A stretch of DNA of 64,000 bases from a virus (IMGVR_UViG_3300033156_000215:6723-70722), one strand, 5' to 3'. Positions 37,552-47,103 are shown, counted from the stretch's first letter. The notes: generated from the letters alone by a model not told the origin. Program-made: numbers and translations.

Positions 37552-39205
37552 ACCAGTTATTCACCTCTGCTGCATTTGCTACCAAAGGTACTTTCAGAGA
37601 CGTAGCTGTTTCCATTGTTTCTTTTAGCTTTTTGAGTCCTTCAGGGTCTTTTGTTTCTGCTACAACTTCATCATGTACTTGAATTAGTTGATAGATATCA
37701 GGATGTTCTTCGTATAATTTTATTTGTGCTAATTTCATTATATACGCTGCTGTTGATTGTATGACAGCATTCGTTGCTTCAGTCTCCACGCTATCGTTTT
37801 CTCTGAATCTTCTCCTGTATCCAAAGATGTTTTCTACGTACTTGTTGTATGTACCTTCCTCGATGAAATAGTCCTGGATTTGCTTTATCTCTGGGAAAGT
37901 ACGCATGTATCTGTGATATAAGTTCACAGCTTCGTCATATTCGATGTTCAACCTTTTAGCCAGTCCGTGAGGACGCATTCCATAGATAACACCAAATGTT
38001 ATTGTTTTGGCATATCTTCTCTCTTCTTTTGAAATCTTAGTCTTGTTCAGGAATTGAGATGCCATTACCGTGTGTGCATCTTCTCCAGCTTCGATGGCTT
38101 GTACTAAGACGCTTGGTTTCTTGGTGATGCACTTTATCAAATGTGCTAAGACTCTCAGCTCCAGCGAGCTGTAGTCAGCTACCAGCATTCTATATCCTGG
38201 TCTAGGAATAAATATCTTTCTCAGCTCGTTAGCTGGAATATTCTGTAGGTTTGGATTTCTCGAAGCCAGTCTTGAGGTCACGGTTCCAGTTTGCAAGAAG
38301 TCGCAATAAATAACTTCTTGACCAGAACGTAGAAACGGTAGGATGAAACTGGATAGAAGCTTGAATGTCTTTCTGTATTCCAAGACTGCTTTAGCTAGTG
38401 GATTGTCAAGCTCTTCCAGTACTGCTTTCCCTACGCTTTGTTGTTTATGAGTTTTAGGAAAAAGAAGTTGGGATAATTGCTTGTTTGAGTTGATATTGAA
38501 ATGAGTGCCAGCAAGCTCGTAACATTTGTACATCTGTTTAGGCAAGATGTTTCTTTCAATGTCCTTAGACATCTGCCTCAAGAGTTCTACATCTATCATG
38601 ATTCCTCTTGATTCCATCGCAGTAAGGACTTTGAGGAAAGGCATCTCTACTTCATAGAAAAGAGTTTTCAGTCTTGGAGTCTTTTCTAATTTGTTTTTGT
38701 AATAGAGGTAAATCAAGTAAGAGTAGTAAGCATCAGAACGACAGTAAGCTTCAACTGAATCGAACAGAGCAAGTTGAGAGATATTAGCTCTGTCCATAGC
38801 TAAGGGATTTACTCCTAGTATTTCTCTGACAAGAGGCTTTAGTCCTTTGTTTCTTCCACTCTCACTAAGTAGCCAGTAAGCTACCATAGAATCGAAAGGA
38901 TTGTAGTTCTCGAATCTCAATCCTTCTTTGATTAGGAATTTCAAGTCGAACTTGAGGTTGAATCCGACAAGAGTCTCAAAGCCTCTTTCCAGTAGTTGTT
39001 TCGCTTGACTGAATTGCTGCGGAAAATTGAAGCTAACTGTCTCCTGTCCTGTGCTGAAGGCAGCCACAATGACTCTGTCTTTCGCAAGAGAGAGCCCTGT
39101 TGTTTCAGTGTCGAGACTAAGAGTTCTTTCTGTAGTTTTGTTAGGGTTGGAAAGGACTTGCTCCACCTTTTCGCTTTCATTCTTTGAAAATAGTTCTTTC
39201 TGCAT
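37538..39205 (-). CDS. polA: Family A DNA polymerase with 3'-5' exonuclease, no 5'-3' exonuclease
   Basis: LDTETTGL, GFNLKFD, YC..DA; T.T.RL.S.NPNLQNIP, ADYSSLELR, RRYAKTITFGVIYG, QVHDE. Confidence 0.95.
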   Translation of the reverse strand: MQKELFSKNESEKVEQVLSNPNKTTERTLSLDTETTGLSLAKDRVIVAAFSTGQETVSFNFPQQFSQAKQLLERGFETLVGFNLKFDLKFLIKEGLRFENYNPFDSMVAYWLLSESGRNKGLKPLVREILGVNPLAMDRANISQLALFDSVEAYCRSDAYYSYLIYLYYKNKLEKTPRLKTLFYEVEMPFLKVLTAMESRGIMIDVELLRQMSKDIERNILPKQMYKCYELAGTHFNINSNKQLSQLLFPKTHKQQSVGKAVLEELDNPLAKAVLEYRKTFKLLSSFILPFLRSGQEVIYCDFLQTGTVTSRLASRNPNLQNIPANELRKIFIPRPGYRMLVADYSSLELRVLAHLIKCITKKPSVLVQAIEAGEDAHTVMASQFLNKTKISKEERRYAKTITFGVIYGMRPHGLAKRLNIEYDEAVNLYHRYMRTFPEIKQIQDYFIEEGTYNKYVENIFGYRRRFRENDSVETEATNAVIQSTAAYIMKLAQIKLYEEHPDIYQLIQVHDEVVAETKDPEGLKKLKETMETATSLKVPLVANAAEVNNWYEGK

Positions 39206-39852
39206 TTGTCCGAATATCCTATTACTGGGTCTGTGTTTTTCCTGTTTTTTACCAAGTTAGATATAGCAAAGATAGAAGCTTGAGTAGGCTCTATCTTATT
39301 CAGAGTGAAGTATTTGAATCTGCATACAGGGCAAACGGCCTTAGTGGAAGTAGTGTATACTCCACAGAAGATACAAGGAACCAACGAGTCTTGCACGTAC
39401 TTCGATCTATATGCATGTGTGAATCCGTATTCGAATCCTGGGTTAAGTTCGTCAGCGTAGATATATTGTCTAACTCTCTCTAAGATTTCAGGGAAAAATC
39501 GGATCTTGTATAGCTCGTTGTATGGTAAGTCCATTATCTCTGAATCTCTTATCTTCATCAGGACTTTTGCTTTCTGCTCTTTGATTCCGAACTCTCTAGT
39601 TAAATCTTTATATGTAGCTTTTGGATTTCTTTTTAGATATTGAACTATTTTAGTCTGGTATATGAAATAAGTCTCTAGTCTAGAATAGTTCCTGTTTATT
39701 CTCAGAGCTTCACCCTCAAAGAATAGCGGTATGAAACCGTCTAGTGTTAAGCAGCAGGTTCTAAAATAAATTTCAGCTTTAATTTCACGATCCAGGGATC
39801 TGCGTCGTAGAATTGACTCTCTCCATAGATCCACGCTTTGTACTTTGTACAT
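38941..39852 (-). CDS. HTH plus Zn-ribbon protein; last 88 codons overlap polA
   Basis: IVQYLKRNPKATYKDLTREFGI (HTH); CIFC...CPVC. Confidence 0.6.
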   Translation of the reverse strand: MYKVQSVDLWRESILRRRSLDREIKAEIYFRTCCLTLDGFIPLFFEGEALRINRNYSRLETYFIYQTKIVQYLKRNPKATYKDLTREFGIKEQKAKVLMKIRDSEIMDLPYNELYKIRFFPEILERVRQYIYADELNPGFEYGFTHAYRSKYVQDSLVPCIFCGVYTTSTKAVCPVCRFKYFTLNKIEPTQASIFAISNLVKNRKNTDPVIGYSDKCRKNYFQRMKAKRWSKSFPTLTKLQKELLVSTLKQQGSLLRKTESLWLPSAQDRRQLASIFRSNSVKRNNYWKEALRLLSDSTSSST

Positions 39853-41120
39853 AAGTCAACTACAGCCTTTGCCCATTCTTCGTCTGTAAAGTATGATAGG
39901 TCAGCCGAATCTACATCTTTCCCAAGGTTGGGGAAATGATAGTACTTGGTGAACTCAGCCCAAACTTGATGAATATCAGCATCAATAATAAACGTACCGA
40001 ATTTCGAATACTTGTCTTGCTGTTCTTTGGCAGCAGCAGTCCTTTTCCCACGCAAGGACTTTCCTAACTTGTCCTGCTCCAGTTCGTGGAGTGGGAAGTT
40101 TTTGGAAAAACGAATCCGCCTTTTCTCTGGAGTCATTATCAAGTGTTCCATCAGCTCAGGCAGCATTTGATAAGGAACCAGCTTAGGATTCAGTTCTTCC
40201 AACTGATCTTTGAGTGCTAAGAGTCCTGGAGTAAGGAAAAGGACGTAGTCACCTTCTTCAATCGGAAAGACTACGTAAGGTACTCCAGCTTCTCTGAGTC
40301 TTCGAGTTACTTTTGCATGGTCTTCTACTAGCACAGAATAGAAGCTCTGCATAGATAGAAGAACTGCATTAGCTACCTTCTTGAGATAGGTCTTTACTCT
40401 CCAGTTCCTGCACCGAGGGCAATTTCTAAAATCGTTGCAGAAAAGACGATATGCTCTAGTTCTGGTAACTATTGTCCTTGCTCCACACTTTCTGGGTACT
40501 CCAGCAGATTCCAGAAGCTTATTCATCTTCTCGTGAGGATGCTGAATATACCACTCGTTAGTGTTCTCGTGGTATTCTTTATCTGGATGGTAGTCGCTAT
40601 CTTTGAAATCTGTCTCTGGAATCGGAGTAGCTGTCTCAAGATATTCAGAAACAGAAAAAGGCCCAGAGATTTTGAATCCTTCGGGAAGAGCATATTTCAA
40701 GAAAGTATCAGGATCAATGCTTTCGTAGTTACGATATAGCTCCATGAAGTGAGCTACAAAGTTTGCATGGACTTCTTCACGCCAGTTCTGGCTAGGACTA
40801 ATAGGTTCAATATAAAAGATAGAACCATTGAAATCAACTGTCCAAGCGAATCCAGCATCTACGCCTAACGTCAACCAGTCGCTGAGCTTTGTGACTTTGT
40901 TAGCTGGAACTGGATCATCTTGATTCTTGTCTTTGAATTTTCTGTAGGAGCAGATATTAGGATAAGCAGCGAGTACAGTCTTAACGCCTTTTTCGATGTA
41001 CATCGAGTCCTGGAAACTCAATGATGTTGGAGGCTTGTTTTTGCTTCTCTCGTAGAAATCTTTCCGCGCCTTCTGCCACAGCTCGTCTGAAATCTTGATC
41101 TGGTGTATTATCTCCGGCAT
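39747..41120 (-). CDS. Hypothetical protein, possible replication initiator with Cys cluster
   Basis: CG....C...RNCPRC resembles Zn sites of Rep-type proteins; in the replication module; likely start MPEII at 41120. Confidence 0.5.
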   Translation of the reverse strand: MPEIIHQIKISDELWQKARKDFYERSKNKPPTSLSFQDSMYIEKGVKTVLAAYPNICSYRKFKDKNQDDPVPANKVTKLSDWLTLGVDAGFAWTVDFNGSIFYIEPISPSQNWREEVHANFVAHFMELYRNYESIDPDTFLKYALPEGFKISGPFSVSEYLETATPIPETDFKDSDYHPDKEYHENTNEWYIQHPHEKMNKLLESAGVPRKCGARTIVTRTRAYRLFCNDFRNCPRCRNWRVKTYLKKVANAVLLSMQSFYSVLVEDHAKVTRRLREAGVPYVVFPIEEGDYVLFLTPGLLALKDQLEELNPKLVPYQMLPELMEHLIMTPEKRRIRFSKNFPLHELEQDKLGKSLRGKRTAAAKEQQDKYSKFGTFIIDADIHQVWAEFTKYYHFPNLGKDVDSADLSYFTDEEWAKAVVDLCTKYKAWIYGESQFYDADPWIVKLKLKFILEPAA

Positions 41121-41286
41121 AATCTTTCCGCTCCTCAAAAGCTATATTTTCATCATCAGTAATTGGGGCTACTACACCCAAAGTAAACTCATCTAGTAGA
41201 ACTGTATAGTTTACTCTAACTCTTTCAGTAGGTTTCTTACTAAATGGGTCATGTGACTCTCTTTCAACTTCCCAATATTCATCCAT
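40981..41286 (-). CDS. Hypothetical protein
   Basis: ATG with GAGG upstream; long 3' overlap with the next gene. Confidence 0.4.
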   Translation of the reverse strand: MDEYWEVERESHDPFSKKPTERVRVNYTVLLDEFTLGVVAPITDDENIAFEERKDYAGDNTPDQDFRRAVAEGAERFLREKQKQASNIIEFPGLDVHRKRR

Positions 41287-41483
41287 ACTTTAAATCCCTC
41301 TGAATTGATAAATTCTCTTGCTTCTTTTCGGATGGTGGGGCTAACAGAGCTAAGGTCAACTAAGGCCGTTAGTACAACGGCCATAGCTAAAGCTCTATAG
41401 GGATCGTCAGGAAACTCTTCGTTGATAATATCAACTAGGGTTTCCCGCTTTTTGCTGCTCGTGCCAATTTCTGAGTAATTCAC
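41211..41483 (-). CDS. Conserved small phage protein
   Basis: DPYRALA.AV+..A..D....EAR.F..S pattern. Confidence 0.6.
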   Translation of the reverse strand: MNYSEIGTSSKKRETLVDIINEEFPDDPYRALAMAVVLTALVDLSSVSPTIRKEAREFINSEGFKVWMNIGKLKESHMTHLVRNLLKELE

Positions 41484-41892
41484 GTAACCACTCTGGAACT
41501 ACTACGCCACAAAGCGCAGCGTTTTCTACAATACTCAAAGCTTCGGCACCTGCAAAGAAGAAGATAGCGCCTTGCTTGATGTAGTCTAATTTTAGCATAA
41601 AGTCTACTTGTGCCGCAACTACGACAACAAGCCAAATCAGGACTTTCTTCGCTATCCCGTTCTTTAGTTCTTGACTGCTCAAATCTTTAGTATAGCCAGC
41701 TCTGATGAATCCGGCTAATACGTCAACAGTCTGCAAAATTAGAAGTGTCAACATAGATTCTTCGAGTCCTCTAAAGATGTAAGAAAGAAACCAAATTAAA
41801 CCACCAAGAGCTGACTTTACCAAAAACTGTACTCCTCTAGTCTCTATCGAGACTAACCAATCTGTAGCTAAGTTCTGCGTTATTCTGTACAT
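41431..41892 (-). CDS. Phage holin (Phage_holin_4 / toxin-secretion-like family)
   Basis: D...G...A.....SS....G..KK, E..SI.EN...G...P..L. Confidence 0.88.
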   Translation of the reverse strand: MYRITQNLATDWLVSIETRGVQFLVKSALGGLIWFLSYIFRGLEESMLTLLILQTVDVLAGFIRAGYTKDLSSQELKNGIAKKVLIWLVVVVAAQVDFMLKLDYIKQGAIFFFAGAEALSIVENAALCGVVVPEWLRELLRNWHEQQKAGNPS

Positions 41893-42580
41893 CTATTCTC
41901 CACCATCCTGGTAATGATACGTAACCGAACCTTCTCAAAGCCCAGACATCATCACTAACAGCAGTACCGTTAGTCATCAATGTTAGATTGCCTATCTCTA
42001 TTATACCCGAAGTATGAAAATGTCCTATCACTACATGTGTCAAATCTCTGTATGAAGCTTTCCAGCGTGTTGCCCTGTTGATATAAGCAAACCAAGGAAC
42101 TGAACCAGAATAAGCAGTAAACTCTCCACCGTGAGATATTAGAAAGGATTTACCTGCTATATCTACCTTTCTTATGAGGAACTCGTCTTCACAGTCGCTC
42201 AGGAGTTTAGTGTTGGCCTCTTTCTCGACGTATCTGTAAAAGACAATATCCCAGTTATCTCGTTCTGATAGGGACTGGCTTCTCCCGTGGTTTCCTGCCA
42301 CAGCGTAGCATTTTACTCTTCTCTGCTTGATCAGATTGGAGAAATACAAAGCAACTTCTTGAGCTTGTCTTTCTGCGGAGACTACCTCTTGATGGGCAGC
42401 TTGGGTTTTGTAAATATTCGACCCATCTATTATATCACCTAATAGGAGAATTGTTGAGGGATTGCGTTTGGGGAGAGTTTCTACTGCTCTGGTCAATCTA
42501 GATAAAGCTACCGTAGTATCAAACGTTGATGTTTTCTTGCCGTAGTGCAAATCCGAAATAATTAGTATTGAATGTGACAC
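41837..42580 (-). CDS. Calcineurin-like metallophosphoesterase
   Basis: SDLHYG, GDIIDG, GNHG, HG, GHFH. Confidence 0.9.
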   Translation of the reverse strand: MSHSILIISDLHYGKKTSTFDTTVALSRLTRAVETLPKRNPSTILLLGDIIDGSNIYKTQAAHQEVVSAERQAQEVALYFSNLIKQRRVKCYAVAGNHGRSQSLSERDNWDIVFYRYVEKEANTKLLSDCEDEFLIRKVDIAGKSFLISHGGEFTAYSGSVPWFAYINRATRWKASYRDLTHVVIGHFHTSGIIEIGNLTLMTNGTAVSDDVWALRRFGYVSLPGWWRIDVQNNAELSYRLVSLDRD

Positions 42581-42600
42581 CTTGCTTTTACTCCTTATAG

Positions 42601-42645
42601 TAAAACAACCCGCCTCTAGAACTTTTTGTCTGGAAGCGGGTTGTT
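42601..42645 (-). terminator. Stem-loop / intrinsic terminator
   Basis: AACAACCCGC (42604-42613) pairs with GCGGGTTGTT (42636-42645); T run follows on the minus strand. Confidence 0.5.
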
Positions 42646-42668
42646 CCGATGTGGTGAAACTGGACAGA

Positions 42669-43091
42669 CTACACCTTATTATAATACTTCTTTATTAGAT
42701 GCTTTATTGCGTAGCGTCTCGCTGCATTCTCACAATGTAACGGTTCCCAGCCTTTCTCTCTGTACCTTCTTAGCGATTCTTCAATAATTTCTTCGAATTC
42801 AAGAGGTCTATTCTCGAAGAGAGAATTTGCTGCTAGATTCATGATTTGTCTACCGTGCTTATCTGGAGCAACTTTGCTGCTAGCTAGATAACCTAAATCT
42901 GCGAAAACTGAACCAAGAGTCCAGTTTCTTTTCATTTCTAACACAGCTATAACTGCTGCTGCCAGAGCGTCATCGTCTAGATAAGTTCTCATCAGCTCAA
43001 ACTTTTCTGGATAAGCTTCAGAGACTCGGCTTACCAATTCCTCTCCTGCGTTCTCGTTTCTGTGTAGCCATTTTACTGCTAACTTTCTCAT
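42669..43091 (-). CDS. Hypothetical protein
   Basis: RBS AGGAG; helical. Confidence 0.7.
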   Translation of the reverse strand: MRKLAVKWLHRNENAGEELVSRVSEAYPEKFELMRTYLDDDALAAAVIAVLEMKRNWTLGSVFADLGYLASSKVAPDKHGRQIMNLAANSLFENRPLEFEEIIEESLRRYREKGWEPLHCENAARRYAIKHLIKKYYNKV

Positions 43092-43117
43092 GTTGATTCT
43101 CCTTTGTTCCTGAGATG

Positions 43118-43639
43118 CTAACGAATGTAGATTATATTCTTCATTGGCACTATTTGACCATTAGCAAGTTGTATGGCCTTTCTTCCTAGCTTCTGGAGGA
43201 TTCCTACAAGAATTACTCCACCTTGAATCTTGACATTATAAGCTGCTCCAGGAATCAAGAACTGGCTTCCAGTTCCTACCGATTCTTTTCCTAGCACTTG
43301 GCAGCAAGCGATAGAATCACGTCCGACAACGAAACCACCACTAGCAAATCGAGTAGGCTTCAGCCAGACAGCTTCATCTGTAACATAGGTTACGATTCCA
43401 TCAAAAGTCTCGTTGGAAACAGTAACTATCTTCAAAGCTTGACCAAGCTCGAAATTCATTTCAAACGTTTCATCTAGCTCTACTTCTTGAGGCTTGGTCT
43501 CCTCCACTGGTTGAGATTCTGGAATAACTGTAGATTGAGTTAGATCTCCGACCATCGGATTTGGCATCTCTGTAACATTAGCATTGGCTTCCGTGGTCTT
43601 GACATCAGTTTCAGTTTTCTTCCTTCTTGGCATAATCAC
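43118..43639 (-). CDS. Protein with two Sm/Hfq-like (or SH3-like) beta-barrel domains
   Basis: GQALKIVT.SNETFDGIV....DEAVWL...V.RDSI and G..YNVKI.GG..L.G.L.......I.L.....VP..NI. Confidence 0.5.
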   Translation of the reverse strand: MIMPRRKKTETDVKTTEANANVTEMPNPMVGDLTQSTVIPESQPVEETKPQEVELDETFEMNFELGQALKIVTVSNETFDGIVTYVTDEAVWLKPTRFASGGFVVGRDSIACCQVLGKESVGTGSQFLIPGAAYNVKIQGGVILVGILQKLGRKAIQLANGQIVPMKNIIYIR

Positions 43640-44402
43640 TCCTTATCTTGTCCCATGCTGTAGTATAGTCATCTTGATAATCCTTGAATGGATTATCAGT
43701 ATCTAGTATATCACAAATTTCTTGAATTGAATAATCAAGCTTAGAACGAGCAGCTATCATGACACTAGCTATTGAGTCAGGTTCAAATGTGTCTACGTCA
43801 AAGTTTTCTAGAGGATCTATGACTTCTACTTTCTTAGCTTGCTCGAATCTCTGCTCTTCCAACACATCCTCAACAGGACGAAATGGGAAGGCAATAGCGT
43901 TGACTAGACATCGTCGTATTGCTTTTGTCTCTGCTAGCATTATGAGGTCTTCATCTGTGAAGTTTTCTCTTCCTGCCTTTACGCTACTAGCTGCTCCATA
44001 AGCTGTGTAAGTAGAACCGTCTAGAAATTCCGCTTGTGCTTTTACTACTGCTACTCTCTCTTGATCTTGGTCTGAAGAATCCCAAGGGAATTTTACTATC
44101 TCAGTCTTTATTCCTTTTGCTTGCCTCGGATCAATTCTGAATGCCCAGCGGAATCCGTCAGCAGTAACATAAGGCTGGACTCCATTCTTAGTGGGAATCA
44201 TTGCCAAGGCACGAAGAGGAAGATTGTAAGCTTCAGCCATCTGTATAGCTTCTCTAACTGAAGCTTCGTTCAGCATGACTGAGCCTGCTACTCGAAGTAG
44301 CTTTCTTGCTTCCTTCCAATCAAGCTTCCATTCTTTCTCGATTTGTTCTAGAGCTTTGTTGAATGAAAAGCCTACTGGTACTAATTCGTTTGAATTCGAC
44401 AT
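43611..44402 (-). CDS. Single-strand annealing recombinase (RecT/Rad52-like)
   Basis: PYVTADG, A.V.A....DG....YG.A, MLAETKAIRR; adjacent to the exonuclease. Confidence 0.75.
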   Translation of the reverse strand: MSNSNELVPVGFSFNKALEQIEKEWKLDWKEARKLLRVAGSVMLNEASVREAIQMAEAYNLPLRALAMIPTKNGVQPYVTADGFRWAFRIDPRQAKGIKTEIVKFPWDSSDQDQERVAVVKAQAEFLDGSTYTAYGAASSVKAGRENFTDEDLIMLAETKAIRRCLVNAIAFPFRPVEDVLEEQRFEQAKKVEVIDPLENFDVDTFEPDSIASVMIAARSKLDYSIQEICDILDTDNPFKDYQDDYTTAWDKIRSDYAKKEEN

Positions 44403-45151
44403 GCCATATTCTCCTTTACGCACATGTTGTAAAATGTACAGAATTTAGGTGAGCAAATCCAAGACGTGAAGTTTGGATAGAAGACACCATTGTTTATGCT
44501 AGCTGCTAGTTCTGGTAGAAAGTTTTCTTCAAACCACTTCACTTGATTGGGTGTTGGATTTACTCTGACTATTTGTATGAAAGGCTCTTTTGATTTTACT
44601 AACACATGATACTGAAATGCAAATGAACCTGTGAGCGATGCGTAGACTAGTGACTGAACGTCTACTTTGTACTGTCTTCTCGGTCTATTCGAAACTTTGT
44701 AGTCTACGATATTTCCATCAGAATCTACTCTGTCAACTGTTCCTACTAGTAAGACATCTCCTACTTCTTTTTTGATTTCTTGTTCTACTGCGATGTAATC
44801 TAGAGAATGCAAAGAAACGTATTTCTCTACTAGATAAGCTGCTGTTTCTAATTCAGCTTCTTTATGTGGAAGCTCGGGGAGAGGTTTATCCTCTCCCCTC
44901 TTCCAGCTTTCTCCAGTCTCTACTTCAAATACCAGATATTCTCTCGCCTCCTTTGGACTCATTTTTTGTTTAGCTGCTTCAGCAAGCGTTGCATGAACAC
45001 AGCTACCGATGTACATCGCTTCGGATACCTGATACGGTACTTGAGCTACGTATCTGAAATAGTAGAGCTTAGGACAATAGATGTAATCATTTATTGATGA
45101 TTGATGCAACTCTAGTTTAGAATGGCTTTGCGAGTTCAAGATTGTCTCCAT
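44381..45151 (-). CDS. PD-(D/E)xK exonuclease, Cas4/AddB-like with Cys cluster
   Basis: SSI..Y..CP, GS.VH, G.VDR...IVDYK, Q...Y, C....C.F...C. Confidence 0.88.
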   Translation of the reverse strand: METILNSQSHSKLELHQSSINDYIYCPKLYYFRYVAQVPYQVSEAMYIGSCVHATLAEAAKQKMSPKEAREYLVFEVETGESWKRGEDKPLPELPHKEAELETAAYLVEKYVSLHSLDYIAVEQEIKKEVGDVLLVGTVDRVDSDGNIVDYKVSNRPRRQYKVDVQSLVYASLTGSFAFQYHVLVKSKEPFIQIVRVNPTPNQVKWFEENFLPELAASINNGVFYPNFTSWICSPKFCTFYNMCVKENMACRIQTN

Positions 45152-45734
45152 CCACGCGAACTAGGTTAGCACTAGCGAGAGCTTCATAATCCAGCAAAGC
45201 TCTCATCAAATCTGCGTCTTCAGCAAAGAGCTTTACTACCCTGAGATTGTAAACCTCTTGGGTAAGAGGTTCCTCTTCCTCGAAAATCTTTATCAAAGCA
45301 GACGGAATATCCATCTTGCTTGAAGATTCCTGTGAGCTTTCGTCAGCTTCCTCTGCAAGCTCTTCATCAGTAACCATTGCAGTAGGAATCCAGACTCTAG
45401 TCTGATAACGACCAGATCCGATAGTCTGTTGCTCAAACTGGAAAGTCTTTCCAACTAGCCACTGTTCATCATCTTCTTCTGGATCGAAACCAAGCTTCTC
45501 AAGAGCCTTGCAGAAAGTACGCCAAGGCGAGATCGGAGCACGGCTAAGATTGAGACGGAATGAAGGTAGAGCTTTGCCAGTATTAGGATTCTCCATCCCG
45601 AAGTAAACCCTGGTCAAAACTACCTCTTGACCATCATCCCTGGTAAAGCTCTCTTCACGCACGTCTACATCGAACACTCTAGCAACCATTCTCCTTGGTT
45701 CATCCTTGAAATACTCTTTCGGTACCAAACCCAT
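45117..45734 (-). CDS. Putative single-stranded DNA-binding protein
   Basis: OB-like beta pattern, L.KLG......LVGK.F, acidic linker; next to the exonuclease and annealase; RBS GGAGG. Confidence 0.5.
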   Translation of the reverse strand: MGLVPKEYFKDEPRRMVARVFDVDVREESFTRDDGQEVVLTRVYFGMENPNTGKALPSFRLNLSRAPISPWRTFCKALEKLGFDPEEDDEQWLVGKTFQFEQQTIGSGRYQTRVWIPTAMVTDEELAEEADESSQESSSKMDIPSALIKIFEEEEPLTQEVYNLRVVKLFAEDADLMRALLDYEALASANLVRVDGDNLELAKPF

Positions 45735-45760
45735 TTTGAAAATTCCTCCATTTGTAATAA

Positions 45761-46876
45761 TTAGTTTTTAGTTCTTAGTGCTTGATGAAACCATGTTGGG
45801 AACTTCTCGTAATTCTGTCTGTAGAACCACTCAAAGTTCGAATCAATTATATACGTTACGCTATAGTCTGTCAAGTCACGAGAACACCTCCCTGAACCTT
45901 GCACAAGTGATGATATTGTTTTCCAAGAATACCATTCATTCCAGTCAACTCCTTTTGGTGCTATAGAGTCTAGCTTAGGGAAGGGCATCTTGGCAAATAT
46001 GATAAACCTTCCTAAATCGTGCGGAAGATCTAATCCACGGATAACGGATGGAGAGACTAGAATTCTACCATAACCTGAGCGGAATCTTTCAATTAGAGAA
46101 GTACGAGAAACAGACCTCGATTGATAGAGAATCGAGTCTTGAGGTAAATTAGCAGTTAGATATTTTCCAATCTCTTCCGTTAGGTACATGTTCACCGAGT
46201 GTACTATTCCACGCCAGTTGTTTAGCTTCGTGCATAATTCTAGCACAGCCGGTAGCAGCTTGTCAAGATTTGGATTTGAAAGCGAAACGTGTGCTTTCGG
46301 CTGATAGACAATCGGTCTTATCTCTGGCTTGATGTATAAATCATTGACCGAGATAAATGAGTAATTGTCCATAAAAGCAGATAGGTTCTTATCTGCAAGA
46401 AACAGCTCAGAATTCAGAATTGTTGCCGACATCACAACTAGAACATTAGCATACGGAATCAGAGAAGACAAATCTTTGATCTCGTCTGCTTCATCGATCA
46501 CAACAACATCAGCGGGGGACTTGCTAAGAGAAGCAGTAAGCTTATAGTTTAGCACTTGAATCTCGCTATCTTTTATTTTCTTGTCCAATAAATCCTCCAG
46601 AGGTAGAAGGTTTGTTAGGACTTTCTCTCTGCTACCTACATGCATTCCTAAGCCATAGAAACCACTGGCATCGAGATATTGTTCTTGGAGTTGTTTCGTA
46701 GCTGTGAAGATTACAGTTCTTCTCGATTTAAAGACAAAATGAACTGCTGCTCCAAGATAACTCTTTCCAGAACCTGTCGGAGCTTCGATCAAGATAACAC
46801 GTTTCGAAGTGTCCAGATTGTCTAGGACGTATTTCTGTATTTCTCTGGGTACAACTTGCGAATAGATATCTGTCAT
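45761..46876 (-). CDS. Compact SF2 helicase, DinG/Rad3-like
   Basis: APTGSGKS, T.TK.LQ.Q, DEAD, SAT, GLDLP, K.PFP, QGSGRCSR...DY. Confidence 0.88.
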   Translation of the reverse strand: MTDIYSQVVPREIQKYVLDNLDTSKRVILIEAPTGSGKSYLGAAVHFVFKSRRTVIFTATKQLQEQYLDASGFYGLGMHVGSREKVLTNLLPLEDLLDKKIKDSEIQVLNYKLTASLSKSPADVVVIDEADEIKDLSSLIPYANVLVVMSATILNSELFLADKNLSAFMDNYSFISVNDLYIKPEIRPIVYQPKAHVSLSNPNLDKLLPAVLELCTKLNNWRGIVHSVNMYLTEEIGKYLTANLPQDSILYQSRSVSRTSLIERFRSGYGRILVSPSVIRGLDLPHDLGRFIIFAKMPFPKLDSIAPKGVDWNEWYSWKTISSLVQGSGRCSRDLTDYSVTYIIDSNFEWFYRQNYEKFPTWFHQALRTKN

Positions 46877-47079
46877 TCTTCTTCGTTGTCTTCACCCTCG
46901 ATCTTAGCAGCAAGATTTACTCCAGTCAAAACATGCTCATATCCGTGAGGGATATTACCATCTGTGAGATATTTAATATATTCGGATACGAGAGTGCTAA
47001 CTGTAGTACCGTAGTAAGTGCAGATGTAGATTAACTTCTTAGCTTCTTCTTCCGAAACAGTAACAACTACTCTTGGCAT
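46873..47079 (-). CDS. Ribbon-helix-helix (CopG-like) regulator
   Basis: MPRVVVTVSEEE...L...C...GTTVS.LV.EYI; first gene after the leftward promoter. Confidence 0.7.
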   Translation of the reverse strand: MPRVVVTVSEEEAKKLIYICTYYGTTVSTLVSEYIKYLTDGNIPHGYEHVLTGVNLAAKIEGEDNEEE

Positions 47080-47103
47080 TTTTATATACCTACCTTGTGT
47101 GTT

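Noticed and set aside
1-39205. Inteins or introns in nrdJ, terL or polA
   Set aside because: Catalytic motifs are contiguous, lengths are normal or short, and no splice or LAGLIDADG motifs were seen.
2045-46547. Numerous plus-strand ORFs opposite left-arm genes
   Set aside because: They lie within well-supported minus-strand genes, are Ser-rich antisense translations and show no motifs.
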